Source: Candidatus Eiseniibacteriota bacterium
Lineage (GTDB): Bacteria; Eisenbacteria; RBG-16-71-46; CAIMUX01
DNA length: 64,000 nucleotides
Assembly (NCBI GenBank): GCA_963833505.1
Contig: CAWHYG010000008.1
Span: forward strand, 151,886 to 215,885
Reading direction: 5' to 3'
Part shown: positions 33,681 through 42,608 of the stretch, piece by piece
Position numbering within the stretch: position 1 is the stretch's first letter
How the letters are laid out: each line of letters begins with the position of its first letter
The notes under the pieces: generated by a model
Databases searched by the model: none
The model's input: only the letters and a program-made list of their open reading frames with translations
Told to the model about the DNA's origin: nothing
Position numbers and translations under genes: made by a program

Positions 33681-36029
33681 ATGAACATTTCCGGACAATC
33701 CCGCGGTCCCTGTTTCCGCTGGATGCTCCTGCTCCCGGCCCTCGCCCTGGCGGCGGCTTCTTCGGCGGCTCTCGCCGACGACTGGCCACGGCAGTTCGAC
33801 TCGGACAGCGGCTCCTTTGTGATCTACGAGCCGCAGCCGGAGACCTTGAATGGGGACCTCTTGACCGGCCGCGCCGCCTTCTCGCTGACGAAGGCCAGTG
33901 GACAGAGCCCGGTCTTCGGCGTGCTCTGGTTCACCGAGCACGTCCAGATCGACCGCGACAGCAGCACGGTGGAGGCGCGGAATTTTGACGTCACGCGGGT
34001 GCGCCTCCCGGGGATCTCGTCGGGCGATGCGCACAGCTACGAGACCCTGGTGGAGCAGCAGGCCGCGCAGTGGAACCTGTCGGGATCGATGGAAGAGCTG
34101 GAGGCCGGCTTGGCGGCCGCGGAGAAGGAACGCGCCAGTGTGGCCAATCTCGACAACACTCCGCCGCGCATCGTCTTCTCCTACGAGAAGGCGATCCTGG
34201 TCCAGTACGATGGCGACCCGGCCCTGGAGACGATCGAAGGCAGCAACCTCGAGCGCGTTTCCAACACGCCCTACGCGATCATCTACGACCCGGCGGCCGG
34301 CGATTACTACCTGAGCGGCGCGCGCCTCTGGTACACCTCGAAGGATCCCGTCGGCCAGTGGCGCAACATCCCGGCGCCGCCGCAGGCGGTGGCCGACGTC
34401 ACGCCTCCCGACACTTCGTCCACCGACCAGATCCAGGGTGCGCCGCCTGTCGTCCTCACCGCGACCGAGCCCACCGAGCTGATCTCGATCGCTGGCGAGC
34501 CGGACTTCGCGCCGCTGGTCGACGGCGAGCTCCTCTATGTTCGGAACACGGAGAGCGACGTGGTGCGGGAGGTGAGCACGCAGTCGCTCTACGTCCTCCT
34601 GGCCGGCCGGTGGTATCGCGCTCCGACTCCCGACGGTCCATGGAGCTACGTTTCCGCTGACGGCCTGCCCGAGAGCTTCAGCCGGGTTCCGGCCGATTCC
34701 CCCAAGGGAGAGATCCTGGCTTCGGTCGCCGGGACCGAGGAAGCTGACGACGCGGTGGCCGACGCCGAAATCCCGCAGACGAGCGCGATCCGGCGCGACA
34801 GCACGGACTTCCAGGTGAGCTATGACGGCGCGCCGCAGTTCGACCCGGTCGAGGGCACCAAGCTGCAGTACGCGCTCAATACCGACGCCCAGGTGCTCCT
34901 GGCCGACGGACGGTACTACGCCTGCGACCAGGGAGTCTGGTACGTGTCGGATCAGCCCGAAGGCCCCTGGAGCGTCAGCGAGACCCGGCCCTTGGAGTGC
35001 GACGACATCCCTCCGAGCTGTCCGGATTACGACGTGCGCTACGTCTACATTTATGAGGCGACGCCGGACTTCGTCTACGAGGGCTATCTGCCCGGCTACG
35101 TCGGCTGTTTTCCCTACGACGGCACCGTGGTCTACGGAACGGGGTACTATTACCGGCCCTGGAGAAGCCACCGGCACTACTTCCCGCGGCCGTTCACCTG
35201 GGGATTCTCCCCTCACTACAATCCATGGCTGAGCCGCTGGAGCTTCGGCTACAGCTACGAGTCCGGCTTCCTGCGCCCAGGGTCGCGCCGGGAATCCCAG
35301 CCGCGTTCCCATTCGGGCGCGTTCCAAAGAACCGCGCTCTGGTTCGGCCCCGGCGGCTACCACCGGCCCCTGCTCGCCGCGGATCAGACATTGCTCAGGA
35401 CGCGCACCTCGATCAGAAAAGTGCGGCGCGCCGCCGATTCGCTGCCGGTCAACATCTACAGCCGGTCGACCAACATCCAGCGAGTCAACCGGACTGCGGC
35501 ACTCAAGCCGGTGCCCGCTGTCCGCACCTATCCGGTCCGTCCGGTCAGCCTGCCCAACAACGTCTTCGCCGGGAAGGACGGGAAGGTCTATCAGCGCGAC
35601 CCGGGCGGCGCCTGGACGGTCAGCAAGGGAAAGCGATGGGTTCCGGCACGCGGCTTCAGCCGCGGGAGCGCGGCCGGTGGAAAGGCGCCAACGACCCCGG
35701 CGACAGCGAAACGCAACGTCGCCCCGCCCGCGATCCGTCCGTTCCCGATGCGGGTGCCGGCGCCGTCGCCGGTGCGGCTCCCCACAATCCGTCCCGTGCC
35801 TCCTCCGATCAGCAAGGATCCGGGAGACCTGGAGCGCGAATACCAGGCACGGGAGCATGTCGGACGCGAATCGCCGCCGGAACCGACCCCCGCTCCCAGA
35901 CCGCCGGAGGTGCGCCCGACCCCTGCTCCGGCCACTCCGTCGCCGGCCCAGCCGGCGCCGGCCAAACCCGCGCCGGCCCGTCCCGAACCGAAGCGCGAAC
36001 CGCCGAAGAAGAACGCGAACGGCCGCTAG
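33681..36029 (+). CDS. Large secreted protein of unknown function with Pro-rich C-terminal tail
   Basis: ATG 33681 has AAGGAGG upstream. The signal peptide is MLLLPALALAAASSAALA. A W-Y-x(5-7)-G-P/Q-W motif recurs (LWYTSKDPVGQW, RWYRAPTPDGPW, VWYVSDQPEGPW). An aromatic-rich YYYRPW segment and a PAP-rich tail are also present. Confidence 0.75.
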   Translation: MNISGQSRGPCFRWMLLLPALALAAASSAALADDWPRQFDSDSGSFVIYEPQPETLNGDLLTGRAAFSLTKASGQSPVFGVLWFTEHVQIDRDSSTVEARNFDVTRVRLPGISSGDAHSYETLVEQQAAQWNLSGSMEELEAGLAAAEKERASVANLDNTPPRIVFSYEKAILVQYDGDPALETIEGSNLERVSNTPYAIIYDPAAGDYYLSGARLWYTSKDPVGQWRNIPAPPQAVADVTPPDTSSTDQIQGAPPVVLTATEPTELISIAGEPDFAPLVDGELLYVRNTESDVVREVSTQSLYVLLAGRWYRAPTPDGPWSYVSADGLPESFSRVPADSPKGEILASVAGTEEADDAVADAEIPQTSAIRRDSTDFQVSYDGAPQFDPVEGTKLQYALNTDAQVLLADGRYYACDQGVWYVSDQPEGPWSVSETRPLECDDIPPSCPDYDVRYVYIYEATPDFVYEGYLPGYVGCFPYDGTVVYGTGYYYRPWRSHRHYFPRPFTWGFSPHYNPWLSRWSFGYSYESGFLRPGSRRESQPRSHSGAFQRTALWFGPGGYHRPLLAADQTLLRTRTSIRKVRRAADSLPVNIYSRSTNIQRVNRTAALKPVPAVRTYPVRPVSLPNNVFAGKDGKVYQRDPGGAWTVSKGKRWVPARGFSRGSAAGGKAPTTPATAKRNVAPPAIRPFPMRVPAPSPVRLPTIRPVPPPISKDPGDLEREYQAREHVGRESPPEPTPAPRPPEVRPTPAPATPSPAQPAPAKPAPARPEPKREPPKKNANGR

Positions 36030-36032
36030 GCT

Positions 36033-36125
36033 GCATCCTTCAGGATCGCCCGTCGCCCGGCACCGGAGATGCCCGGAAGGCACGGGCGCGCGCCGGCCGC
36101 AGAGACAGGCATACCCTGCAGCAGG
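36033..36125. repeat. MITE-like repeat family, left-half copy D
   Basis: GATCGCCCGTCGCCCGGCACCGGAGATGCCCGGAAGGCACGGGCGCGCGCC...CAGGCATACCCTGCAG aligns to the left half of copy B (44741-44830). Confidence 0.55.
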
Positions 36126-36195
36126 TCAAGAGACGGCGGGGAGTAGAGTTCGCTCTTCTCCCCGCTCTTTCGCGCAGCCGTGGGGTTCTACGGTT

Positions 36196-36633
36196 TCAAA
36201 CCGCCACGTTGAGGGTGCTGCCGGTCGTGTCCCCGCCGGCGGCGGTGTCGGCCGTCCCGGTCGAGTCCAGCGCCGAGGCGGCCTGGGCATGATGGCGATG
36301 ATGGCCGTGGTGCGTCTTGGCCACGCTCGACATGTCCTGCTGGAGAGTGGCGAAGGCCTTCTGCGCGTCGGACACGTTTCCCGACTGCAGAGCCTTCGCC
36401 AGGTTGCTGAAGTCCGTAGTCAACGTCTGGTTCGGAGACGCTGTCGATGACTGCGTCCCCTGCCCGATGGGCGAGTTCTGCATCATCTGGGCGAAGGCGC
36501 TCTGCGCGGCCGAGAGATTCCCGGACTGGAGAGCCGCGGCCAACGCCTGGAAGTTCTGGCGCTGGGACTGCATCCCGTTGAGCTGTTGACTGGCGTACAG
36601 ACTCGAGGTTTGAGAGACGCTCGAGACATCCAT
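36196..36633 (-). CDS. Small Gln/Ser/Ala-rich protein with internal duplication and His cluster (unknown function)
   Basis: Track ORF with a strong GAGGAGG RBS upstream of ATG 36633. The motif ALQSGNLSAAQSAFAQ / ALQSGNVSDAQKAFAT is duplicated, followed by HHGHHRHH. Confidence 0.6.
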   Translation of the reverse strand: MDVSSVSQTSSLYASQQLNGMQSQRQNFQALAAALQSGNLSAAQSAFAQMMQNSPIGQGTQSSTASPNQTLTTDFSNLAKALQSGNVSDAQKAFATLQQDMSSVAKTHHGHHRHHAQAASALDSTGTADTAAGGDTTGSTLNVAV

Positions 36634-37016
36634 TTCTCGTCCTCCTCATGGGCCATTCCGTTCGCGATCCGTTCGGAGCCGCCCTGGCTCCCTCTTCCCC
36701 CTTGGCCTATCAATCGACCGCGCATCCGGCCGGCTGGAGTCGGCAAGTGCTGCAGATTGTGGTATTTTGTGACATGCAACGACCAATCTCGGCGGCCAGG
36801 CGACTGCCGAGAGCCTGACAGGCCCCCGGATGGCTCTGGAGCCCCGCGGCCAGGACCCAAAGGCCGGTGCCGGCCTCGACCTCCTGGCCCCGGGGCGGCT
36901 CTGTAGCCCCGCAGGGAAGACACGAAGGTCCGTGTGCCGGTCCTGGCCCTCCGCTACGCTTTGACGGGAAGCAGCCGTCACCGCGGCCGAAGTGTTCGAG
37001 GCCTCGGGGAGCGGCC

Positions 37017-37183
37017 ATGACGCCAGAGACGCCGATCGATTCAACCCGAGCGGCCGACATAGGAGACAAAGGGGTCCGAGCGAGCCATGACACAGAGACA
37101 CCGATCGGGTCAACCCGACCGGCCGGCAGGGGATATGGACAGGCCTGAGCGAGCATGACGCCAGAGACGCCGATTGATTCAGC
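37017..37183. repeat. Tandem repeat, about 2.4 copies of a 69-bp unit
   Basis: Units start at 37017, 37086 and 37155 (ATGACGCCAGAGACGCCGATCGATTCA... / CATGACACAGAGACACCGATCGGGTCA... / ATGACGCCAGAGACGCCGATTGATTCA...). Confidence 0.8.
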
Positions 37184-37757
37184 TTCCCTGGGGGATTCTT
37201 CCCGGCACGTCCGCCTGGCGGACCTGACGCGGGGCCTCGAAGGATGTCCCGATCCGCCCAGGGAAGCCGGCCGGGTCATCCTCTTGGTCCGGAAGGCGGA
37301 AGGGGGGCGCCGGGAGACTCCCACCAGAACCCTGCTGTCGCCGGACTTCGGAATCCCGGGAGACGCCTGGGGACGGGAAGCCGAGCTGGATCCAGGTGTG
37401 CAGATCACCGCCATGCAACGCGACGTCGCCGAGCTGATCGCGAACGGCCAACCACTTACCCTGTCCGGCGACAACCTGATCCTCGACCTCGACCTCTCGG
37501 GCCCGAACCTGCCGGCCGGCAGCCGCGTCCGCGCCGGCGCCGCTGTTCTCGAGGTGACGCCGCAACCGCACAACGGCTGCAAGAAGTTCCGGGCGCGGTT
37601 CGGTCCTGACGCGCTGGCCTTCGTGTCCATGCCGGCGCTGCGCCACCGGAACCTGCGGGGGATCCATTTTCGCGTTGTAGAAGGCGGAGAGGCGGCCGTC
37701 GGCGATCCGGTCACGGTGTTGTCGCGGGGTGGAGATAAGCCCGGATCACGCGATTGA
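37155..37757 (+). CDS. MOSC domain-containing protein
   Basis: Track ORF. GRVILLVRKAEGG...GIPGDAWG...SGDNLILDLDLS...TPQPHNGCKKF is typical of MOSC. The annotated ATG lies in the third copy of the 69-bp repeat, so the start is uncertain. Confidence 0.8.
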   Translation: MTPETPIDSASLGDSSRHVRLADLTRGLEGCPDPPREAGRVILLVRKAEGGRRETPTRTLLSPDFGIPGDAWGREAELDPGVQITAMQRDVAELIANGQPLTLSGDNLILDLDLSGPNLPAGSRVRAGAAVLEVTPQPHNGCKKFRARFGPDALAFVSMPALRHRNLRGIHFRVVEGGEAAVGDPVTVLSRGGDKPGSRD

Positions 37758-38545
37758 AGGACCTGCGCGACAGCGGTGGCCGCCGGCGAGTGGATCAGAG
37801 AGTGTGGCCGGCCATCGGCTGGGTCGGCACGGCGCTGGCGGCCTTCGCTCTCGGATTTGCTCTCAGCCGCTTCCTGGCCCCGGCGGCGGGACTCGGGCGA
37901 ACGTCTTCCGGTGCCGTTTCCATGCGCGTGACGGCGATCCACGATCGCTCGGACTCGCTCTACACGCTCTCGATCGAATACCCGACCTTTGACGGGTTTC
38001 CGGCTCTGTCGGCCGAGGTCTCGAGCTACGTGAATCAGGCCCTGGCCGAGTTCAAGTCCACCGCCCCGCACAACTGGGCAGCCCGGATCGCCACCGCGCC
38101 TCCTGGGTCGCCTCGTCCCGCGATCGACCATCCGTTCACCTTCCAAGCCTCATGGGAGCCGGCGCAGATCAACCATCGCGCGATCAGCTTCATCGTCCGC
38201 CTCTACTGGTTTTCCGGAGGCGCGCACGGCGACGATCAACTCCGGACGTTCAACTATGACCCGGCGGTCCGGAAGGACATCTCGCTGGCGGATCTGTTCC
38301 CGAAGGATCGGAACTATCTGGAAACGGTCGCCCGGGCCGCACGCACGTCCCTCACGGAATCGCTCCAGGACCGGTCGGGGGATCACGCGCCGGCGGAGAT
38401 GATCGAGCACGGGACGGAGCCCACGGCGGAGAACTTCAACAACTTCACGTTCAACGACGACTCGATCACCCTGTACTTCCAGAAATACCAGGTGGCGCCC
38501 GGGTACTTCGGGCCTCAGTCGGTGATGCTGCCCCGGGGCCGGTAG
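37754..38545 (+). CDS. DUF3298/DUF4163 (RsiV/PdaC-like) domain protein, membrane-anchored
   Basis: Track ORF; TTG 37754 overlaps the MOSC stop. It has a TM anchor WPAIGWVGTALAAFALGFAL and the DUF3298-like LYWFSGGAHGDDQLRTFNYD. Confidence 0.75.
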   Translation: MKDLRDSGGRRRVDQRVWPAIGWVGTALAAFALGFALSRFLAPAAGLGRTSSGAVSMRVTAIHDRSDSLYTLSIEYPTFDGFPALSAEVSSYVNQALAEFKSTAPHNWAARIATAPPGSPRPAIDHPFTFQASWEPAQINHRAISFIVRLYWFSGGAHGDDQLRTFNYDPAVRKDISLADLFPKDRNYLETVARAARTSLTESLQDRSGDHAPAEMIEHGTEPTAENFNNFTFNDDSITLYFQKYQVAPGYFGPQSVMLPRGR

Positions 38546-38561
38546 GGCGGAGAGACCCGGC

Positions 38562-40616
38562 TCAGCCCTCCGGCTCCCAGCAAGTGATGCGTCCGGCGAT
38601 CGCCGACGCCGCCACCGTCAGCGGGCTCGCCAGATACATCTGCCCCGGACCGCTCCGCCCGGGGAAGTTCCGGTTGATGGCTGAAATCGTGACGGTCTCC
38701 TTGGCATAGGAAACCCCCGGCCCGGCGTTGATACACGCGCCGCACGAGGGCTCGATGATCCGCGCGCCCGCCTGGGAGAAGACTTCGAGGTAGCCTTCCC
38801 TCCGGCAGTACTCCTTCACCTCCTGCGAGCCGAACTGGATCCAGAAGACGACGCCCGGATGCACCCGCTGCCCGCGCGCGAGGGCCTGGCGCAGGACCCG
38901 GGCGTACATGTCCATGTCCTCGCGCTTGCCCGCGGTGCAGGATCCGCCGTAGGCGATTTCCACCGGGACCGGCTCCCCGCGCTCCCGGGTCAGCTCGCGG
39001 ACGGTCACGCCGTTTCCGGGATCCCCCGGCAGGGCCACCATCGGCTCCAGGCGGGAAGCGTCCAGCTCGACGGCGTACTCCCACTCCGCGTCCGGATCGC
39101 TCTCCCAGCCCTCGGTGAGCGCCTCCGCCTCGCTTCGTCTGAGGCCGCGGTGCTCCTCGAGAAAACGCGCCGTCTTCAGATCGGGACGGACGATGCCGGT
39201 GAAGGCGCCGACCTCCGCCGCCATGTTGGTCATGGTGGCGCGCTCGTCCACCGACAGCTCCTCGACCGCTTCGCCCGCGTATTCGACGATCTTGCCGATG
39301 GCGGATCCGCCCTTCACGTAAGGCAGGCTCAGGAGGGACAGCATGAAGTCCTTGGCCGTCACGTTGGCCGACCGTTTCCCGCGCACGCGAAAGAGGACCG
39401 AGGGCGGCACTTTCACACGAACGTCCTTCGTCACCCAGGCGTTGAACATGTCGGTCGTGCCGACGCCGAAGGCGACGGCGCCGATCGCCCCCGAGTGGGG
39501 CGTGTGGGAATCGGTGCCTGCGATGAGCTGCCCCGGCAGGGCGTAGTCCTGCAGGATCTTCGAGTGGCAGATCGCCTCCGACCCCCGGCCCGTGTCCGTC
39601 TCGATCTCGCCGTGGAGGCGGATCCCCTGGCGCCGGGCGAACTCCTCCTGTTTCCGTCTCAGCCCGTCGGCCAGCTCGAGCAGTCCCGCCTTCCGCTTCT
39701 CCGGAGTCATGACCTCGCCGAGGAAGGTCAGATGGTCGCGGAAGAAGTAGATCGAATCCGGATCGTTGACCTTCCCTTCCGGCCCCATCTCGCGTTCGAA
39801 GAACACGGCGGCCATCGGCGTGACGTACTCATGGCTGAATCGGATGTCCGTTCGAACGAAACCGGAGTCGCCCGGCCGGACGGCCGTGACGCCGGCCGAA
39901 CCTCCTGCCGGATCAACCAGTAGGTGCCGGGCCAGGATCTTCTCCGCCAGGGTCATCGGCCGAGGGGCCGTCGTCACCCGCGGCACCGAGACTTTTCCCT
40001 GGAGGCGCGCGACGTTGAAGGGAAAGAGCCCGCCGTACTCGATGATCCGGCGGGTGATCTCGTCCTCGTCGCGGGTGAACTCGGCCAGCGGGATGGGTTC
40101 TTCGCGGCGCACCCGCGCCAGCAGCGAGAAATCGGTCGAGGTGAGAATCCCGAGGTTCTGGCAGTTCTGGCGGTAGATCCGTTCGATGTTCTCCGCCACC
40201 ACCAGCCGGATCCCAGCGGTCATCTCGGCGAAGGGGGATTGCTCCCGCGAGGAGCCCTTGCCCCGTCGGCGGCCGCTGACCGAACACACGAATCCGCCCG
40301 CGCGCACGCTGCCGCGAGTCACCGGGAACCGGGTTCCGGATCGCAGGCCGGCATAGACGAACTCTCCCAGGGTCTCGTCGGCGTAGTAGCACACCCAACC
40401 CGGGGTGATCTCGTCCGTGGAGATGTCGTCGCGGAGCGGGAAGGGCAGCGCCCCGGCGCCCTTCTGCTCGAGCAGGGCGTCGTCGATCGGGGGATCCACC
40501 CCTTTGAGCTGCTGTTCGAGGATCTCGGGGTCGTCCGAGAGGTACAGAATGCGCCCCTCGAGCCGTACCTCGGAGGGCAGCGGGTCGATCCTGCGCGAGA
40601 ACAATCCGTCATTCAT
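38562..40616 (-). CDS. Aconitase-family Fe-S hydro-lyase, fused swivel (LeuD-like) domain N-terminal to the catalytic (LeuC-like) domains
   Basis: Track ORF 38562..40796 trimmed to ATG 40616, which has GGGAG upstream. The N-terminal part has DDISTDEITP, GKGSSREQSP and IERIYRQNCQNLGIL (small-subunit motifs). The C-terminal part has GTDSHTPHSGA, GSCTAGKRED and CGACINAGPG (cluster cysteines). Confidence 0.85.
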   Translation of the reverse strand: MNDGLFSRRIDPLPSEVRLEGRILYLSDDPEILEQQLKGVDPPIDDALLEQKGAGALPFPLRDDISTDEITPGWVCYYADETLGEFVYAGLRSGTRFPVTRGSVRAGGFVCSVSGRRRGKGSSREQSPFAEMTAGIRLVVAENIERIYRQNCQNLGILTSTDFSLLARVRREEPIPLAEFTRDEDEITRRIIEYGGLFPFNVARLQGKVSVPRVTTAPRPMTLAEKILARHLLVDPAGGSAGVTAVRPGDSGFVRTDIRFSHEYVTPMAAVFFEREMGPEGKVNDPDSIYFFRDHLTFLGEVMTPEKRKAGLLELADGLRRKQEEFARRQGIRLHGEIETDTGRGSEAICHSKILQDYALPGQLIAGTDSHTPHSGAIGAVAFGVGTTDMFNAWVTKDVRVKVPPSVLFRVRGKRSANVTAKDFMLSLLSLPYVKGGSAIGKIVEYAGEAVEELSVDERATMTNMAAEVGAFTGIVRPDLKTARFLEEHRGLRRSEAEALTEGWESDPDAEWEYAVELDASRLEPMVALPGDPGNGVTVRELTRERGEPVPVEIAYGGSCTAGKREDMDMYARVLRQALARGQRVHPGVVFWIQFGSQEVKEYCRREGYLEVFSQAGARIIEPSCGACINAGPGVSYAKETVTISAINRNFPGRSGPGQMYLASPLTVAASAIAGRITCWEPEG

Positions 40617-40729
40617 GGCGATCTCCCGGTTGGTCCGAATCAGATTGAACCTTTGACGATACCACGGCTGAGTGACGCGACCCGCCGCATCGTCTAGTCT
40701 CTTCGGAAAGCTGGGCTTAGGTTTCTGGA

Positions 40730-42184
40730 ATGCCGATCGGACGGACGGGAGGAGCGCGCTTGAAATCCAGGATCGCCGCCGGCGCGCCCGGCCCAAGCCG
40801 GACGCGGGCCGGGGTTCTTCGACTCGCGGGGGCGCTGCTGCTCGCGACCGTGGCCGCCGGGGCGCCGGCCAATCGGGCCGTGGCCGACATCCGGTCGGCG
40901 CTGGCGGGTAGGCCCGGGATTTCGGCTCCGGCGGCCGCCGCGTTGCCCGACTCGGCGCGAATGCTCCGGCGCCATCCGAGCCCCGCGGACAGCGGCGCGA
41001 TCGAATTCCAGCCCGGCAACTGGGATAGCGTCACCGCCGAGTTCGACCAGTCGATCAAGCCGGAGAGCCGGCGCCGCGTCACCCCCGTGTTCGAGGTCCG
41101 CTACTCGAAGGTGGAGGGCGTCCACCTCGGCGCGGGAGCCAGCCACAGCCTGCAAGCGCTCCGCCTCGACCACATCGAAGGCCGCTTCGGGTACGACCTC
41201 GGGCGGGAGCGTCCCACCGGCAGCGGGCTTCTTGAGTTCGGACTCCTCAAGGGGGGCGGCCTGATCGTCGAGGCGGAAGCGCACTCCCGCGCCCGCGCGT
41301 TCGGCGATTACAATCCGTACGGCAATACCGTGATGGCGCTCGTCGCCGGCTTTGACGCGCGCGAGTACCTGCTCGATCGGGAAGGACGGATCGGAATCGG
41401 ATGGGGCTTCAGCCCGGGCCGCCGGCTCGAGCTCTCGTGGGTGCGCGTGCGCCAGGATTCCCTCCGAGCCATCGCCCGCGCCCACCTCTCCGGGACGGAC
41501 TACTGGATGAGACACAACCCGCCGGCGGATCACGTGGTCGAGAATGGAATCCGATTAGCCGTGGAAACCCGTCCGGCCTACACCGGAGAAACCCGGATCC
41601 GGGGACTGGTGGTCAACGCGGAGGCCATCGACTACGGCGGGGCGTTGCTCGGCGGGACGCGCGAGTACTCGGTCGACCAGGCCAGCGTCTGGTTCACACA
41701 GAACCGCTGGGACGGCTCGGCCTGGCAGTTCTTCGGTTCCGGCGGAGTGGTCACGGGCCGGTCGCCGGTCCAGGGGCTGCTGGACCTCGGAGGATCGACC
41801 GGCCTGCGAGGATTCCCTCCGCGCGGAGAGGGTTCGTCCCTGGTCCTGGTCGGGCGGACCCGACTCCTGGCGCGCGCGGAATTCCAGAAGCGGGCCGACA
41901 TCTGGGGGCACATGCGCGTCAAGAGCATGCGCAGCCTTCGACTCCGCCTCGTTCCCTTCACGGAGGTCGGATCCTGCTGGGGCGCGCAGCCGATCCTGAG
42001 CGGCTCCGACCTTCGCGATCCCGAGCCCTCCGAGGTCCACTGGGATCTCGGCGCCGGACTGCGCACCGACCTCGACTACACCGGATTCCTCTCGTTCGCG
42101 GAGATCGACTTCGCCTGGCCCATGGGTCAGGACCGCGGGCCGGCCCGGATCGCCTTCCGCCTCTCGAGCAACGGGCTCGATTGA
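40730..42184 (+). CDS. Omp85/surface-antigen (D15)-like outer membrane beta-barrel protein
   Basis: Track ORF with signal-like LRLAGALLLATVAAGAPA. The barrel-type sequence includes LGGSTGLRGFP and the terminal ...ARIAFRLSSNGLD. Confidence 0.6.
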   Translation: MPIGRTGGARLKSRIAAGAPGPSRTRAGVLRLAGALLLATVAAGAPANRAVADIRSALAGRPGISAPAAAALPDSARMLRRHPSPADSGAIEFQPGNWDSVTAEFDQSIKPESRRRVTPVFEVRYSKVEGVHLGAGASHSLQALRLDHIEGRFGYDLGRERPTGSGLLEFGLLKGGGLIVEAEAHSRARAFGDYNPYGNTVMALVAGFDAREYLLDREGRIGIGWGFSPGRRLELSWVRVRQDSLRAIARAHLSGTDYWMRHNPPADHVVENGIRLAVETRPAYTGETRIRGLVVNAEAIDYGGALLGGTREYSVDQASVWFTQNRWDGSAWQFFGSGGVVTGRSPVQGLLDLGGSTGLRGFPPRGEGSSLVLVGRTRLLARAEFQKRADIWGHMRVKSMRSLRLRLVPFTEVGSCWGAQPILSGSDLRDPEPSEVHWDLGAGLRTDLDYTGFLSFAEIDFAWPMGQDRGPARIAFRLSSNGLD

Positions 42185-42284
42185 TCGTCGTTCGGAACCG
42201 GCAAGCTCGTTCTGAGAGGGCCGCAGGGAAAGGGCCGCGCCGGCGAGTACGCCGATGCCAAACGTCGGACAAACTACGTCGAAG

Positions 42285-42494
42285 CTACTCCTTGACCGGC
42301 AAAACGTGGATCGCCTTCACCAGCAGCGTGACCTCGTCTCCGACCTTGAGCCCCATGTCGTGCAAGGATTCGGTGGTCAAAACCGAACTCATTGAATTCC
42401 CGGAGGTCACGACGAACTTGACCTGTGACATGACGTCGCCGGTCTTGATCTCGGTCACCTTGCCCTTGAGCTGATTGCGAGCCCCTGCCTTCAT
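42285..42494 (-). CDS. TOBE/Mop-type molybdate-binding domain protein
   Basis: Track ORF 42285..42602 trimmed to ATG 42494, which has AGGAGG upstream. MKAGARNQLKGKVTEIKTGDVMSQVKF...LKVGDEVTLLVKA is typical of Mop (about 69 aa). Confidence 0.85.
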   Translation of the reverse strand: MKAGARNQLKGKVTEIKTGDVMSQVKFVVTSGNSMSSVLTTESLHDMGLKVGDEVTLLVKAIHVLPVKE

Positions 42495-42608
42495 GGCCAA
42501 TCCTCCTTCATCTTGTCTTCGTCTTGGCTTCTTCTTGTCTCCATCGTGTCCTGCCGGAACGCTCTTCTCGACGCTCCGGTGAACGGAGACCTTCTCGACC
42601 ATGCGTTT

